Source of the DNA: an uncultured delta proteobacterium
GTDB lineage: Bacteria; Myxococcota; Myxococcia; Myxococcales; 40CM-4-68-19
Reading direction: 5' to 3'
Assembly: GCA_903911145.1 (NCBI GenBank)
Contig: CAIWCD010000014.1
Span: 1 to 64,000, forward strand
DNA: 64,000 nt
The notes under the pieces are model-generated. The model ran no database searches. It saw nothing but the letters and a program-made list of their open reading frames with translations, and was not told where the DNA came from. Shown one piece after another: positions 38,259-47,058 of this stretch (positions are counted from its first letter, which is position 1; the number at the start of each line of letters is the position of its first letter). A program made the position numbers and the translations under genes.

Positions 38259-41200
38259 ATGCGCGCGCCTCGCCAACTCCTCGCCGTCTTCCTGCTCTCT
38301 GCGATCACGGCGTCGCTCGTCGGCTGCTCGAGCAAGAGCGGCCGCGGCGGCGCAGGCGTGGGCGAGGCCTGCACCACAGACCTCAGCTGCGCGAAAGGTC
38401 TCTCGTGCGCGGGTGGGTCGTGTCAGCTCCCTTCGGGCACGACACTCTGCACAGCTGGCTCGCTCTTCTGCGACGGCCCCGATCTCCTGAAGTGCAGCGC
38501 GACAGGGCAGGGCGGGACGCTCGTGCAGAGCTGCCCGAACGGCTGTGTCGCGGGCGCCTGCGTTGCGCCTGCGTGCGCGCTCGGGACGCGGCGCTGCGTG
38601 AGTGAAGGCATCGAGCAGTGCAACGGGAGCGCGAGTGGAAAGCCTGCCTGGCAGCTCGTCGATACCTGTCCGGCCGGCTGCGACGCGGCGACGCTCGCGT
38701 GCAACGGGCTTTCGTGCAGTCCTCTCTCGGTGCGCTGCAGTCCGCAGAGCGCGAATACCGTGCAGGTCTGCGCCACTGACGGGAGCGGTTGGAGCGACGG
38801 GACCGTGTGCGGTGTGGGCTCGGGCTGCAGCCAGGGGCGCTGTGTTCAGCAGGCCTGCACTCCGAACACGGCAGTGTGCAGTGGCACCAGCTTGAACGTC
38901 TGCGATTCGACGGGAAGCGGAATCGCAAGCAGCACGCTCTGCGCGCACGGCTGCGCCAACGGAGCCTGCGTGACGAGCGGATGCACTCCGGGCGCTCGCC
39001 AGTGCACGGGCAGCGTCCTGCAGATCTGCGGATCCGACGGCAGCGGATTTGTGCCGGTGCAGGATTGCGGCGCGAGCAGCTGCGTCGCTCTCGGGCCGGG
39101 CCTCGCCGCGTGCGGAGTTGCGGTCTGCACGCCGCTTTCCCGCCGCTGCGGCGCCGATGGAGTGTCGGTCCAGACTTGTGAAGCCGATGGCACAGGATGG
39201 GGCGCGGCCGATCCCTGCCTCGACGGTGCGAGCTGCAACAGTGGTGTCTGCGTCCCTCCCTCTGCTGGCTGCGTCGAAGGCACGAAGCGGTGCGACGGAC
39301 TCGCCGTCGAGCAGTGCGAATCCGGCGCGTGGGTCGGGATCGGCGCCTGCTTCGGGGCGTGCACGCAAGGCGGCGCGTGCAGCGGTGGCTCGTGCGGCGC
39401 AGCCATTTCCGTTTCGATCCCACTGCCCGCCTGCGCCGCGACGACGTGCCCCCCTCCCGCCGATGGCGTCTCGTCTCTGCTCGCAGTCGCTGGCCCGCTC
39501 GTCGATAGCTCCGGCGCGCCGCTCCCCGACGGCACACTGGTGACCGTCGCCGCCACGGGAGGTGCAGTCGTCACAGCCGCCGATGCCGATCCATCCACGC
39601 CGGGCGTGCAGGTGCGCAGCGTCTCGGGCTACGCCGACTTTGCGTTTCTTGCGCCCCGCCCGGGAGTCGTCGCGGGCAGCGCAGAGGTGGTCGTCACCGC
39701 CGCGGTCGGCTCTTCAACGAATTGCGCGGGCAGCGCATCAGTCACGTTCGCCACTCCTTCTGGCTGGGCCTACGCCGCAGAGGACTTCACCTCCGCGGCC
39801 CATCGCGATCACGTCAACACCAGCGCGGACTGGCGCACCGATCTCGGTGTCGCGGAGTCGCGCGCCGCACAATTCGGCAGCGGGAGCGATGGCCCGCTCG
39901 ATGTCGGAGCGCTCGGAGCAAACGGCATCTGGGATCTCGTCCAGACGCCTCGCGGAAGCGGTCTCCCCTCGTTCGCTCCCTCTCTTGCAGTGACGGGACT
40001 TGACGCGCAGTCGGCGCAGGTGCAGGGCGCCACGACAGGCTTTGCGGCGGGCGACGAAGTGCTCTTGATCGAGCTGCAAGGCGCCTCTCTCTCCTCGAGC
40101 AGTGCAGCCGGTGCGTGGGAGCTCCTCGTCGTCGCGCGCGCCTCCGACGGGCATCTCTCGTTCACGACTCCCATTCTCGGCACCTATGGCGCAGCGCCAG
40201 GTCTCGCGCTCGCCGGCGAGAAGGTCGTGCTCCAGCGCATTCCTCAATTCACCAACGTTAATGTGCCGTCGGGCAGCACGCTCACGGCGAGCGCGTGGGA
40301 TGGCAGCCAGGGCGGCGTGATCGCATTTCGCGCCACCGGCACGGTTTCTGTCGCGGGTGCGATCTCCGCCGATGCGCTCGGCTTCCGCGCCGGCAGTTCC
40401 GGTGCGGCGACGTTGAACCAGTCAGGAGAGTCGTTCGACGGCCAGCCCGCGCCCAGCGCGGTCACCAGCACACGCAACGCCGGTGCCGGCGGCGGCGGAT
40501 ATCTCCTCTGCGACCCCGCGCACCTTGACCAACTCGACACCTGGTTCGGCGCCGGCGGCAGCTATGGCAGCGCGGGAATCGCCGGAAGCAGCGCAGGCAT
40601 TCCTCCCGCCGCAATCACCGCCGGTCGCTCACCTTGCCTCTCTGCGCAAGGGTTGCCCTACGGAACTCCATCGCTGTCGCGACTCTTCCTTGGCAGCGGC
40701 TCGGGCACGCAGCAGTTCAATAGCCACGGTGCCTGCAATACCAATAGCTGCCCGGCTGAATCGACGAGCAACTATCCAACCGCATTCCAGGGCAATGACG
40801 ACCTCTGTGGAACGCGCGGCCACCCGGCGTGCCTCCCGTCGTTCGCGGCCTGCGCAGCGGAGACCAAGAGCTATAGCGCTTCCTATGAGACCAATGGTGC
40901 TTCGAGCTGCAATACAACGCTCAATTCAACCTGCGCGCAGACGCTTGCCGTCTGCGGGGTCAATGCACCGACGAATTGGCCGAATGGTGGACGCAATATG
41001 AACGCAAGTCACGCCGCCGTGACGTGGACAGGCGCGACCTGCACGCCGAGCGCGACCTGCGCGGATACCAATTCCGTCTGCGCTGCCGATATACAGACCA
41101 TACCTTCGGCCAGACTTCCCTGCGCGTCGGGTGATACCAACTGCAATGCCGCTATCTATGGCGTCTGCGCGGCATATGACGTCGCCCACGCCGATTCACC

Positions 41201-42419
41201 GTATCCGTCGGCCAATGATTGCGCGACCGCCTGCCCGGGACTCGTTCATTCCGCCTATGACTGCGGCCATTGCGGCTGCTCGCTCTCCAATCCCCATCTT
41301 TGCAACTATCCGGCATGCAATGGCGCCTATAGTTGCAACCCGCAGTATTGCTATCCAGGCGGCTGCGGCGACGCGAATAACACGACCACGGTCCTTTATC
41401 GCTGCACCAGCGGCGGCGATACCTGCTCCAATACCGGCGACGATTGCAACTCCGATACCGTGCATGGAACTACTTATACCAGCCAGTATTGTGACCCCAA
41501 TACCTGCAATGGAATCGGCACGTCTTGCGAATGCTATTACAAGTGCGCCATGTGTTACGACGGTCCCGTTGCTGCTGCTTCGTCGGGGAACTGTGGCGGA
41601 CAGAATTGCAATACCTGCAATGCATGCACTGGCTGCGCGACCAATCCCGGCTGTTCGCACAATCCGGGCTGCTCGACAAACGTGGGCTGCAAGACCAACA
41701 CGGGCTGCGGGACGTGCGGCGGCAAGACAAGCTGGGACGGTGCGCTCTGCGATTTCACGGCAGCGGGCAACTCGTGCAAATGCCCGCTCGCGTGGCAGGG
41801 CGAGGCGGCCGGTGGTCGGGGCGGCGGTGCGATCTTCCTCACTGCAGCGTCGCTTGATCTCTCCGGCGGCGGGCGCGTCTCGGCGCGCGGTGGAGCGCCA
41901 GCCTCGGGATTCGCGGGCGGCTCGGGCGGCTCGCTCTGGGTGCGCGTCGGCGCGCTCAAACTCGCGAGCGGAAACGCTGTGCAGCTCGACGCACGCGGGG
42001 CCGTGAGCGGCGGCGATGGCCGCATGCGTCTGGATCGCGCAGGCGGCGATGATCCCGTCGCAACCTCCCGCGCGCTGCCGCTGCCATACGCGCCAGCCTT
42101 CACGCTTCCGCAGGCGCAGAGCCTTTCGATGCTGCCCGCGACTGGCAAGCATGCGCTCTCCGTACAGCTCATCGCCCCCACGGGCGCGGCGGCGTCGCTG
42201 CTCGATGGTGTCTCGCCGCAAGTGACCCACTTCGTCTCGAGCGACGCCGGCCGCACCTTCGTGCCGCTCGTCCCCGGAGGCGGGGCAGCGAGCTTCTCCT
42301 CGAGCGCAGACGTGCGCTTCCGTGCCAGCTTCTCGCCACGCCCCGGTCTGCCGGCCCGCGTCGCCGGCCTCGTCTGGCTCATCCAGCTCGACACCAGCGG
42401 CATCGTGCTTCCGAACTAG
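38259..42419 (+). CDS. Large Cys-rich repeat / invasin-like / Gly-rich surface lipoprotein (paralog B, with ~370-aa Cys-rich insert)
   Basis: Lipobox LVGC; same domain order and motifs as paralog A (AEDF, GDEV.L, VVLQR.P, SAWDG..GG). Confidence 0.8.
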   Translation: MRAPRQLLAVFLLSAITASLVGCSSKSGRGGAGVGEACTTDLSCAKGLSCAGGSCQLPSGTTLCTAGSLFCDGPDLLKCSATGQGGTLVQSCPNGCVAGACVAPACALGTRRCVSEGIEQCNGSASGKPAWQLVDTCPAGCDAATLACNGLSCSPLSVRCSPQSANTVQVCATDGSGWSDGTVCGVGSGCSQGRCVQQACTPNTAVCSGTSLNVCDSTGSGIASSTLCAHGCANGACVTSGCTPGARQCTGSVLQICGSDGSGFVPVQDCGASSCVALGPGLAACGVAVCTPLSRRCGADGVSVQTCEADGTGWGAADPCLDGASCNSGVCVPPSAGCVEGTKRCDGLAVEQCESGAWVGIGACFGACTQGGACSGGSCGAAISVSIPLPACAATTCPPPADGVSSLLAVAGPLVDSSGAPLPDGTLVTVAATGGAVVTAADADPSTPGVQVRSVSGYADFAFLAPRPGVVAGSAEVVVTAAVGSSTNCAGSASVTFATPSGWAYAAEDFTSAAHRDHVNTSADWRTDLGVAESRAAQFGSGSDGPLDVGALGANGIWDLVQTPRGSGLPSFAPSLAVTGLDAQSAQVQGATTGFAAGDEVLLIELQGASLSSSSAAGAWELLVVARASDGHLSFTTPILGTYGAAPGLALAGEKVVLQRIPQFTNVNVPSGSTLTASAWDGSQGGVIAFRATGTVSVAGAISADALGFRAGSSGAATLNQSGESFDGQPAPSAVTSTRNAGAGGGGYLLCDPAHLDQLDTWFGAGGSYGSAGIAGSSAGIPPAAITAGRSPCLSAQGLPYGTPSLSRLFLGSGSGTQQFNSHGACNTNSCPAESTSNYPTAFQGNDDLCGTRGHPACLPSFAACAAETKSYSASYETNGASSCNTTLNSTCAQTLAVCGVNAPTNWPNGGRNMNASHAAVTWTGATCTPSATCADTNSVCAADIQTIPSARLPCASGDTNCNAAIYGVCAAYDVAHADSPYPSANDCATACPGLVHSAYDCGHCGCSLSNPHLCNYPACNGAYSCNPQYCYPGGCGDANNTTTVLYRCTSGGDTCSNTGDDCNSDTVHGTTYTSQYCDPNTCNGIGTSCECYYKCAMCYDGPVAAASSGNCGGQNCNTCNACTGCATNPGCSHNPGCSTNVGCKTNTGCGTCGGKTSWDGALCDFTAAGNSCKCPLAWQGEAAGGRGGGAIFLTAASLDLSGGGRVSARGGAPASGFAGGSGGSLWVRVGALKLASGNAVQLDARGAVSGGDGRMRLDRAGGDDPVATSRALPLPYAPAFTLPQAQSLSMLPATGKHALSVQLIAPTGAAASLLDGVSPQVTHFVSSDAGRTFVPLVPGGGAASFSSSADVRFRASFSPRPGLPARVAGLVWLIQLDTSGIVLPN

Positions 42420-42524
42420 CGTCCGAATCTGCACCGCGATCCGTTGTCGGCATGGCAGCATCGAGCGCAGGACTCTCGACGTGGCAGACCGTGCAAATCG
42501 CGGCGCAGTCGAAATCATATATGC

Positions 42525-42538
42525 TGACCGCCTGGTCA
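42525..42538. promoter_or_regulatory. Putative TetR operator 1
   Basis: TGACC-GCCT-GGTCA palindrome upstream of tetR. Confidence 0.6.
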
Positions 42539-42579
42539 TGTTATCGTGAGTGGGTTGACCTCCAACTGGCGGTGCGGTG

Positions 42580-43338
42580 ATGGCGCAGTCCAGGAAAGCG
42601 CAGTCGAGCGGATCGTCCAAGCGCAAGCAGAAGTCGCCGTCCCGCGCGGGATCGGCGAGCGAGTCGAAGGCGCGCACTGAGGTCAAGCGGCGACCCGGTC
42701 CCGAGGGTGGCACCCGCGATCGCAATCGCAAGGAGCGCATCAAGACGCTGAGCGACGCGGCTCTGCTCCTCTTTCTGTCTCGCGGCCTCGACATCGTCAC
42801 CATCGACGACATCACGCAGACCGCTGGCGTCGCGAAGGGCACGTTCTATCGCTACTTCGAGGACAAGGAGGCGCTGGTCGAGTCGCTCCTCGCGCCCGTG
42901 CGCAGCGAACTGCTTGCCAGCCTCACGCAGTGCGGACGCGCGCTCTCGGCCGCGCGCAACGTCGACGGCCTGGTCGAGGCGTACCGCACGATGGGCGCGA
43001 CGCTCGCAGGCGTGGTCCTTACGCACGCGGGCACTGTGCGGCTCTACCTTCACGAAAGTCGCGGACCCGCCGTGGGCGCGCGCGCAAAGCTGGTTGAGCT
43101 CGCGACGCTCATCTCCCGCCACGCCGTCGCGATCACCCAGAAGGCGCACACGCACGGCCTGCTGCGCCCGATCCGCCCCTCGGTGAGCGCGCTGGCCGTG
43201 GTGGGCGCGGTCGAGCGGCTCCTCTATGCCGTCCTCTCCGAGGAGGAGATTGGCAATCCTCTCGAGATCCCCGACCTGCTGACGACGATCATCCTTGATG
43301 GTCTGCGCAAGACTCCAGGCACGGGTCGCGATCGCTGA
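42580..43338 (+). CDS. TetR/AcrR family transcriptional regulator
   Basis: 'AALLLF..RG...VTIDDI...AGVAKGTFYRYFEDKEAL'. Confidence 0.9.
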   Translation: MAQSRKAQSSGSSKRKQKSPSRAGSASESKARTEVKRRPGPEGGTRDRNRKERIKTLSDAALLLFLSRGLDIVTIDDITQTAGVAKGTFYRYFEDKEALVESLLAPVRSELLASLTQCGRALSAARNVDGLVEAYRTMGATLAGVVLTHAGTVRLYLHESRGPAVGARAKLVELATLISRHAVAITQKAHTHGLLRPIRPSVSALAVVGAVERLLYAVLSEEEIGNPLEIPDLLTTIILDGLRKTPGTGRDR

Positions 43339-43347
43339 TTGGATGAA

Positions 43348-43363
43348 ATGACCATCCGGTCAT
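43348..43363. promoter_or_regulatory. Putative TetR operator 2
   Basis: ATGACC-ATCC-GGTCAT palindrome upstream of the MaoC gene; same arms as operator 1. Confidence 0.6.
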
Positions 43364-43497
43364 GTTTTTCGGGATCGGAGAAGATCGCCGGCCATCTCCG
43401 CCGACGAGTCCGGACGACGGTGGCGACAGCCAGCATCCAGCTGGGATATGAAGCGCTGCCGCTCACTACCGGGCGTGCGTGAGGAGAGACGAGACAC

Positions 43498-43965
43498 GTG
43501 GCCAAGACCATCATCGACGGAATCGCGGGGCTCCAGAGCCTGGTAGGCAAGGAGCTCGGTGCAAGCGAGTGGCGCACGCTGACCTACGCGGACATCGTGC
43601 GGTTTGCCGACGCCACAGGCGACCACCAGTGGATCCACGTCGACCGGGAGCGCATCGCAAAAGAGAGCCCGTTCGGCGTGCCGATCGCGCATGGCTACTT
43701 CTCCGTCGCCGTCATCGGTGGTCTCTTCTTCGACGTCGTCGAGGCGCGCGGGATGTCGATGGTGGTGAACTACGGCATGAACCGGGTCCGCTTTCCCGCG
43801 CCGCTCAAGGAGAACTCGCGCTACCGTCTGACCTGCAAGCTGCTCGAGGTGAAGGAGGTCGGCAAGGCGCACGAGGCGCTCCTGTCCGGCGCGATCGAAA
43901 TTGAGGGCGAGGCGAAGCCTGCATGCGTGGCGGAGCTCGTCTTCCGCTTCTTCGGCAACGCGTAG
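43498..43965 (+). CDS. MaoC family dehydratase
   Basis: 'FADATGDHQWIHVD.E.....SPFG.PIAHG', 'NYG.NRVRFPAP'; GAGGAG RBS. Confidence 0.92.
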   Translation: MAKTIIDGIAGLQSLVGKELGASEWRTLTYADIVRFADATGDHQWIHVDRERIAKESPFGVPIAHGYFSVAVIGGLFFDVVEARGMSMVVNYGMNRVRFPAPLKENSRYRLTCKLLEVKEVGKAHEALLSGAIEIEGEAKPACVAELVFRFFGNA

Positions 43966-44122
43966 GAGCCCGTGGCGCCCTGGCCGCTTGCCGGCAACCC
44001 CTGACGTGGAGTAAGCTGCAATCTCCGGCGGAGACTTCAGGAAATCTGATGTCTTTTCCGGGATTGCACGCGCAGCAGGCCGCCGGGTGACCTCGGCGTA
44101 GCCTCCACTTCGGGGTGCCTCG

Positions 44123-46975
44123 GTGTCCGACAGCGGTGGACGAACCAACGTCGACCTCGGTGAGCCCTCCCCGGGGAGCGTCGTCAGCCGCCCGTTGCGC
44201 ACGGGGCAGCAGTACACGCTCATCCTCGGCCGCCACCGCATCATCTACCGCGGTTGGGACAAGGAGAATTATCAGCCGGGCGATGCGGCGACGCTGATCG
44301 TCGAGGGCGAGGATCTCCCCCCCGAACTCGTGCTGAAGATCGACATGGCGACGACTCCCGGAAACTGGGAGGAGGTCGGCTCGGTCACCGCGCAGCCCGA
44401 TGGCGACAAGAAGGAAGCGAAGGCTTCCTGGACGATTCCGACGCCACCGAAGGTCGGCAAGATCCTCAAGGCCGAATGGGCGCGCGACACGGCCAAGCCG
44501 GGCGAGCAACTCGGCATGAAGGTCGAGGTCGAGAACTTCGACGACGGCTCGTTCCTCGGCTTCTTCGTCGAGATGCTCCAGCCCGACGGGCAGTGGCGCT
44601 CGATCGCGCGCTGGCAGAGCGAGGTGAAGGACGAGAAGGGCTCCGACGTCTTCGCCATTCCGGTTCCGCTGCACAGAGATCCGCCCCCACTTCCCGGCAA
44701 GGTTGTCGAGGTCAAGTTCGAAGACGAAAAGCTCGAGGTCGGCGAGACGGCGTGGCTGCAGGCGGTCTGCGACGGGATGGACGGACAGCAACTCCAGTTC
44801 GTCCTCGAGAAGAAGGTCGACGGCAAGTGGGTCGAGGCCGGCTCGGGAGACGGAACGGTCGGCGCGCAGGCGCCCAACAAGGCTCGCGTCGGTCTGCACC
44901 TTGCGAAGGGCGAGCCGAAGATCGTCAAGACGGGCTGGAAGTTCGACAAGGCACTCGCTGCGGATCTGCTCGCGCGCTGCCAGGAGCTTGATCACCAGCA
45001 AGTCACGTTCGTCGTCGAGCGCAAGAAGGGGGAGGGTTGGGAGCAGGTCAAGACCTTCGAGGGCGTGCCGGTCGAGGGAGACCTCGCGCAGGTCAACACC
45101 TACTTCCCGGTGCTCGCGAAGGCCGAGTTTTCGCCTCACGCTCCGCGGGCGGGTGACGAGGTCGAACTCGTCGCGCACGCGGCCGGCATGGACGGCAAGT
45201 CGCTCGAGATCATTCTCGAGGAGCAGACCGGCACCGGTTGGGCCGTCGCTGCGAAGTTCAACGTCGACGTCGAGGGGACGCGGGCGAGCATGAAGCTCCG
45301 CCTCCCGTATGTCGAGGGGGAGACGCCAACGGGTGACTCGGGTAACGGGACGCCTCCCGTCGATCCCGATACGACAACTGATTCGTCGGGCTCTGCGTCT
45401 GGCTCAGACTCCGCCTCCACTTCTTCTGCAGACGCGAGCGGAGACGGCAGCGCAGACGCAAGCGGCGACGGCAGCACAGACGCAAGCGGCGACGGCAGCG
45501 CAGACGCAAGCGGCGGCGGCAGCGCAGACGCAAGCGGCGATGGCAGCGCAGACGCAAGCGGCGACGGCAGCGCAGACGCAAGCGGCGACGGCAGCGCGGA
45601 CGCAAGCGGCGACGGCAGCGCAGACGCAAGCGGCGACGGCAGCGCAGACGCAAGCGCCGACGGCAGTGCAGACGCAAGCGGCGACGGCAGCGCAGACGCA
45701 AGCGGCGACGGCAGCGCGGACGCAAGCGGCGATGGCAGCGCAGACGCAAGCGGCGACGGCAGCGCGGACGCAAGCGGCGACGGCAGCGCGGACGCAAGCG
45801 GCGACGGCAGCGCGGACGCAAGCGGCCATGGCAGCGCAGACGCAAGCGGCGACGGCAGTGCAGACGCAAGCGGCGACGGCAGCGCAGACGGAACTGGCTC
45901 GGCAGGAACTGGCTCAGCAGGAACGGGCTCAGCAGGAACTGGCTCAGCAGGAACTGGCTCAGCAGGAACTGGCTCAGCAGGAACTGGCTCGGCAGGAACT
46001 GGCTCAGCAGGAACTGGATCAGCAGGAACTGGCTCGGCAGGAACTGGCTCAGCAGGAACTGGATCAGCAGGAACTGGCTCAGCAGGAACCGGCTCAGAAG
46101 GAACGGGCTCAGCAGGAACCGGCTCAGCAGGAACCGGCTCAGCAGGAACCGGCTCAGCAGGAACTGGGTCAGCAGGAACTGGGTCAGCAGGAACTGGCTC
46201 AGCAGGAACGGGCTCAGCAGGAACTGGCTCAGCAGGAACTGGCTCAGCAGGAACTGGCTCAGCAGGAACGGGCTCAGCAGGGACGGGCTCAGCAGAAACT
46301 GGCTCAGCGGGAAAAGGCTCAGCAGGGACGGGCTCAGCAGGAAAAGGCTCAGCAGGCAAAGGCTCGGCCGGAACGGGCTCCGCGGGAACAGGCTCTGAGG
46401 GAACGGGCTCTGCGGGGGCGGGTTCAGCGGGAACTGACTCCCTCTCAGCTGGTGCCGGATCAGCTGGTACGGGCGCTACCACCCCTGGCTCCGCCAGCAC
46501 CAGTCCGTCTGGCGCAGCTGCCCCTGACGCGGCGACATCCTCGGGCAGTGGAGGCGTGATCGCAGCCAATGCTGGAACCTCGATGGCTTCTGCTGGCGCA
46601 AGCGGCGTCGCCTCCTCGCTCGGTGGAGCGCAGGCCTCAGGCGCCGCGGCCTCTTCGGCGGGCGATGCGGCGGGCTCGGTCAGCGAAGGCGCAAGCTCCG
46701 CGAGCGACGCCGCGAGTTCTGTGGGCGACGGTCTCGATCCGCTCACCGACGCCGCCAGCTCGGTGAACAACGAGGCCAGCTCGGTGAGCGAGGAGGCCAG
46801 CTCACTGAGCGAGGACGCCGCAGCGGTTCAGAAGGAAGAGGGTACGCTCGGCGACGATGTGAACTCGATCGAGGATCAGGCGGGCCAGGTCGAGAAGGAT
46901 GGCGAGCAGGCGAAGAACGACGCGAAGTCGCGCACGGGCGACGGCGCGAAGGACAACGCGAGCATTGACGAGTAG
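44123..46975 (+). CDS. Hypothetical protein: ~5 beta-rich repeats, then (DGSADASG)n and (GTGSA)n arrays, then an acidic tail
   Basis: 950-aa ORF with typical high-GC codon usage in the N-terminal 400 aa; no signal peptide. Confidence 0.75.
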   Translation: MSDSGGRTNVDLGEPSPGSVVSRPLRTGQQYTLILGRHRIIYRGWDKENYQPGDAATLIVEGEDLPPELVLKIDMATTPGNWEEVGSVTAQPDGDKKEAKASWTIPTPPKVGKILKAEWARDTAKPGEQLGMKVEVENFDDGSFLGFFVEMLQPDGQWRSIARWQSEVKDEKGSDVFAIPVPLHRDPPPLPGKVVEVKFEDEKLEVGETAWLQAVCDGMDGQQLQFVLEKKVDGKWVEAGSGDGTVGAQAPNKARVGLHLAKGEPKIVKTGWKFDKALAADLLARCQELDHQQVTFVVERKKGEGWEQVKTFEGVPVEGDLAQVNTYFPVLAKAEFSPHAPRAGDEVELVAHAAGMDGKSLEIILEEQTGTGWAVAAKFNVDVEGTRASMKLRLPYVEGETPTGDSGNGTPPVDPDTTTDSSGSASGSDSASTSSADASGDGSADASGDGSTDASGDGSADASGGGSADASGDGSADASGDGSADASGDGSADASGDGSADASGDGSADASADGSADASGDGSADASGDGSADASGDGSADASGDGSADASGDGSADASGDGSADASGHGSADASGDGSADASGDGSADGTGSAGTGSAGTGSAGTGSAGTGSAGTGSAGTGSAGTGSAGTGSAGTGSAGTGSAGTGSAGTGSAGTGSEGTGSAGTGSAGTGSAGTGSAGTGSAGTGSAGTGSAGTGSAGTGSAGTGSAGTGSAGTGSAGTGSAETGSAGKGSAGTGSAGKGSAGKGSAGTGSAGTGSEGTGSAGAGSAGTDSLSAGAGSAGTGATTPGSASTSPSGAAAPDAATSSGSGGVIAANAGTSMASAGASGVASSLGGAQASGAAASSAGDAAGSVSEGASSASDAASSVGDGLDPLTDAASSVNNEASSVSEEASSLSEDAAAVQKEEGTLGDDVNSIEDQAGQVEKDGEQAKNDAKSRTGDGAKDNASIDE
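45428..45889 (+). repeat. Coding tandem repeat, 24-nt unit x ~19
   Basis: GCAGACGCAAGCGGCGACGGCAGC with few variants. Confidence 0.95.
45890..46429 (+). repeat. Coding tandem repeat, 15-nt unit x 36
   Basis: GGAACTGGCTCAGCA, degenerating toward the 3' end. Confidence 0.95.
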
Positions 46976-46993
46976 CGCGAACCCGCGCCCAGT

Positions 46994-47011
46994 GCGGCCT
47001 TGCGAGGCCGC
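46994..47011 (+). terminator. GC-rich hairpin between the two large ORFs (terminator or mRNA-stability element)
   Basis: GCGGCCT-TGCG-AGGCCGC; no immediate U-tract. Confidence 0.35.
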
Positions 47012-47058
47012 GATGAATTTTCTGCCGCGCACGACGCGGCCTGTTTTCGGAGGCGACG

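Noticed and set aside
45428..46429. CRISPR array
   Set aside because: The units are contiguous with no unique spacers, are multiples of 3 inside an ORF, and there are no cas genes.
45136..46770. Alternative-frame repeat ORFs (AEPVP, QQELA, RCRRRL)
   Set aside because: Open only because the tandem repeats lack stop codons; no independent start context.
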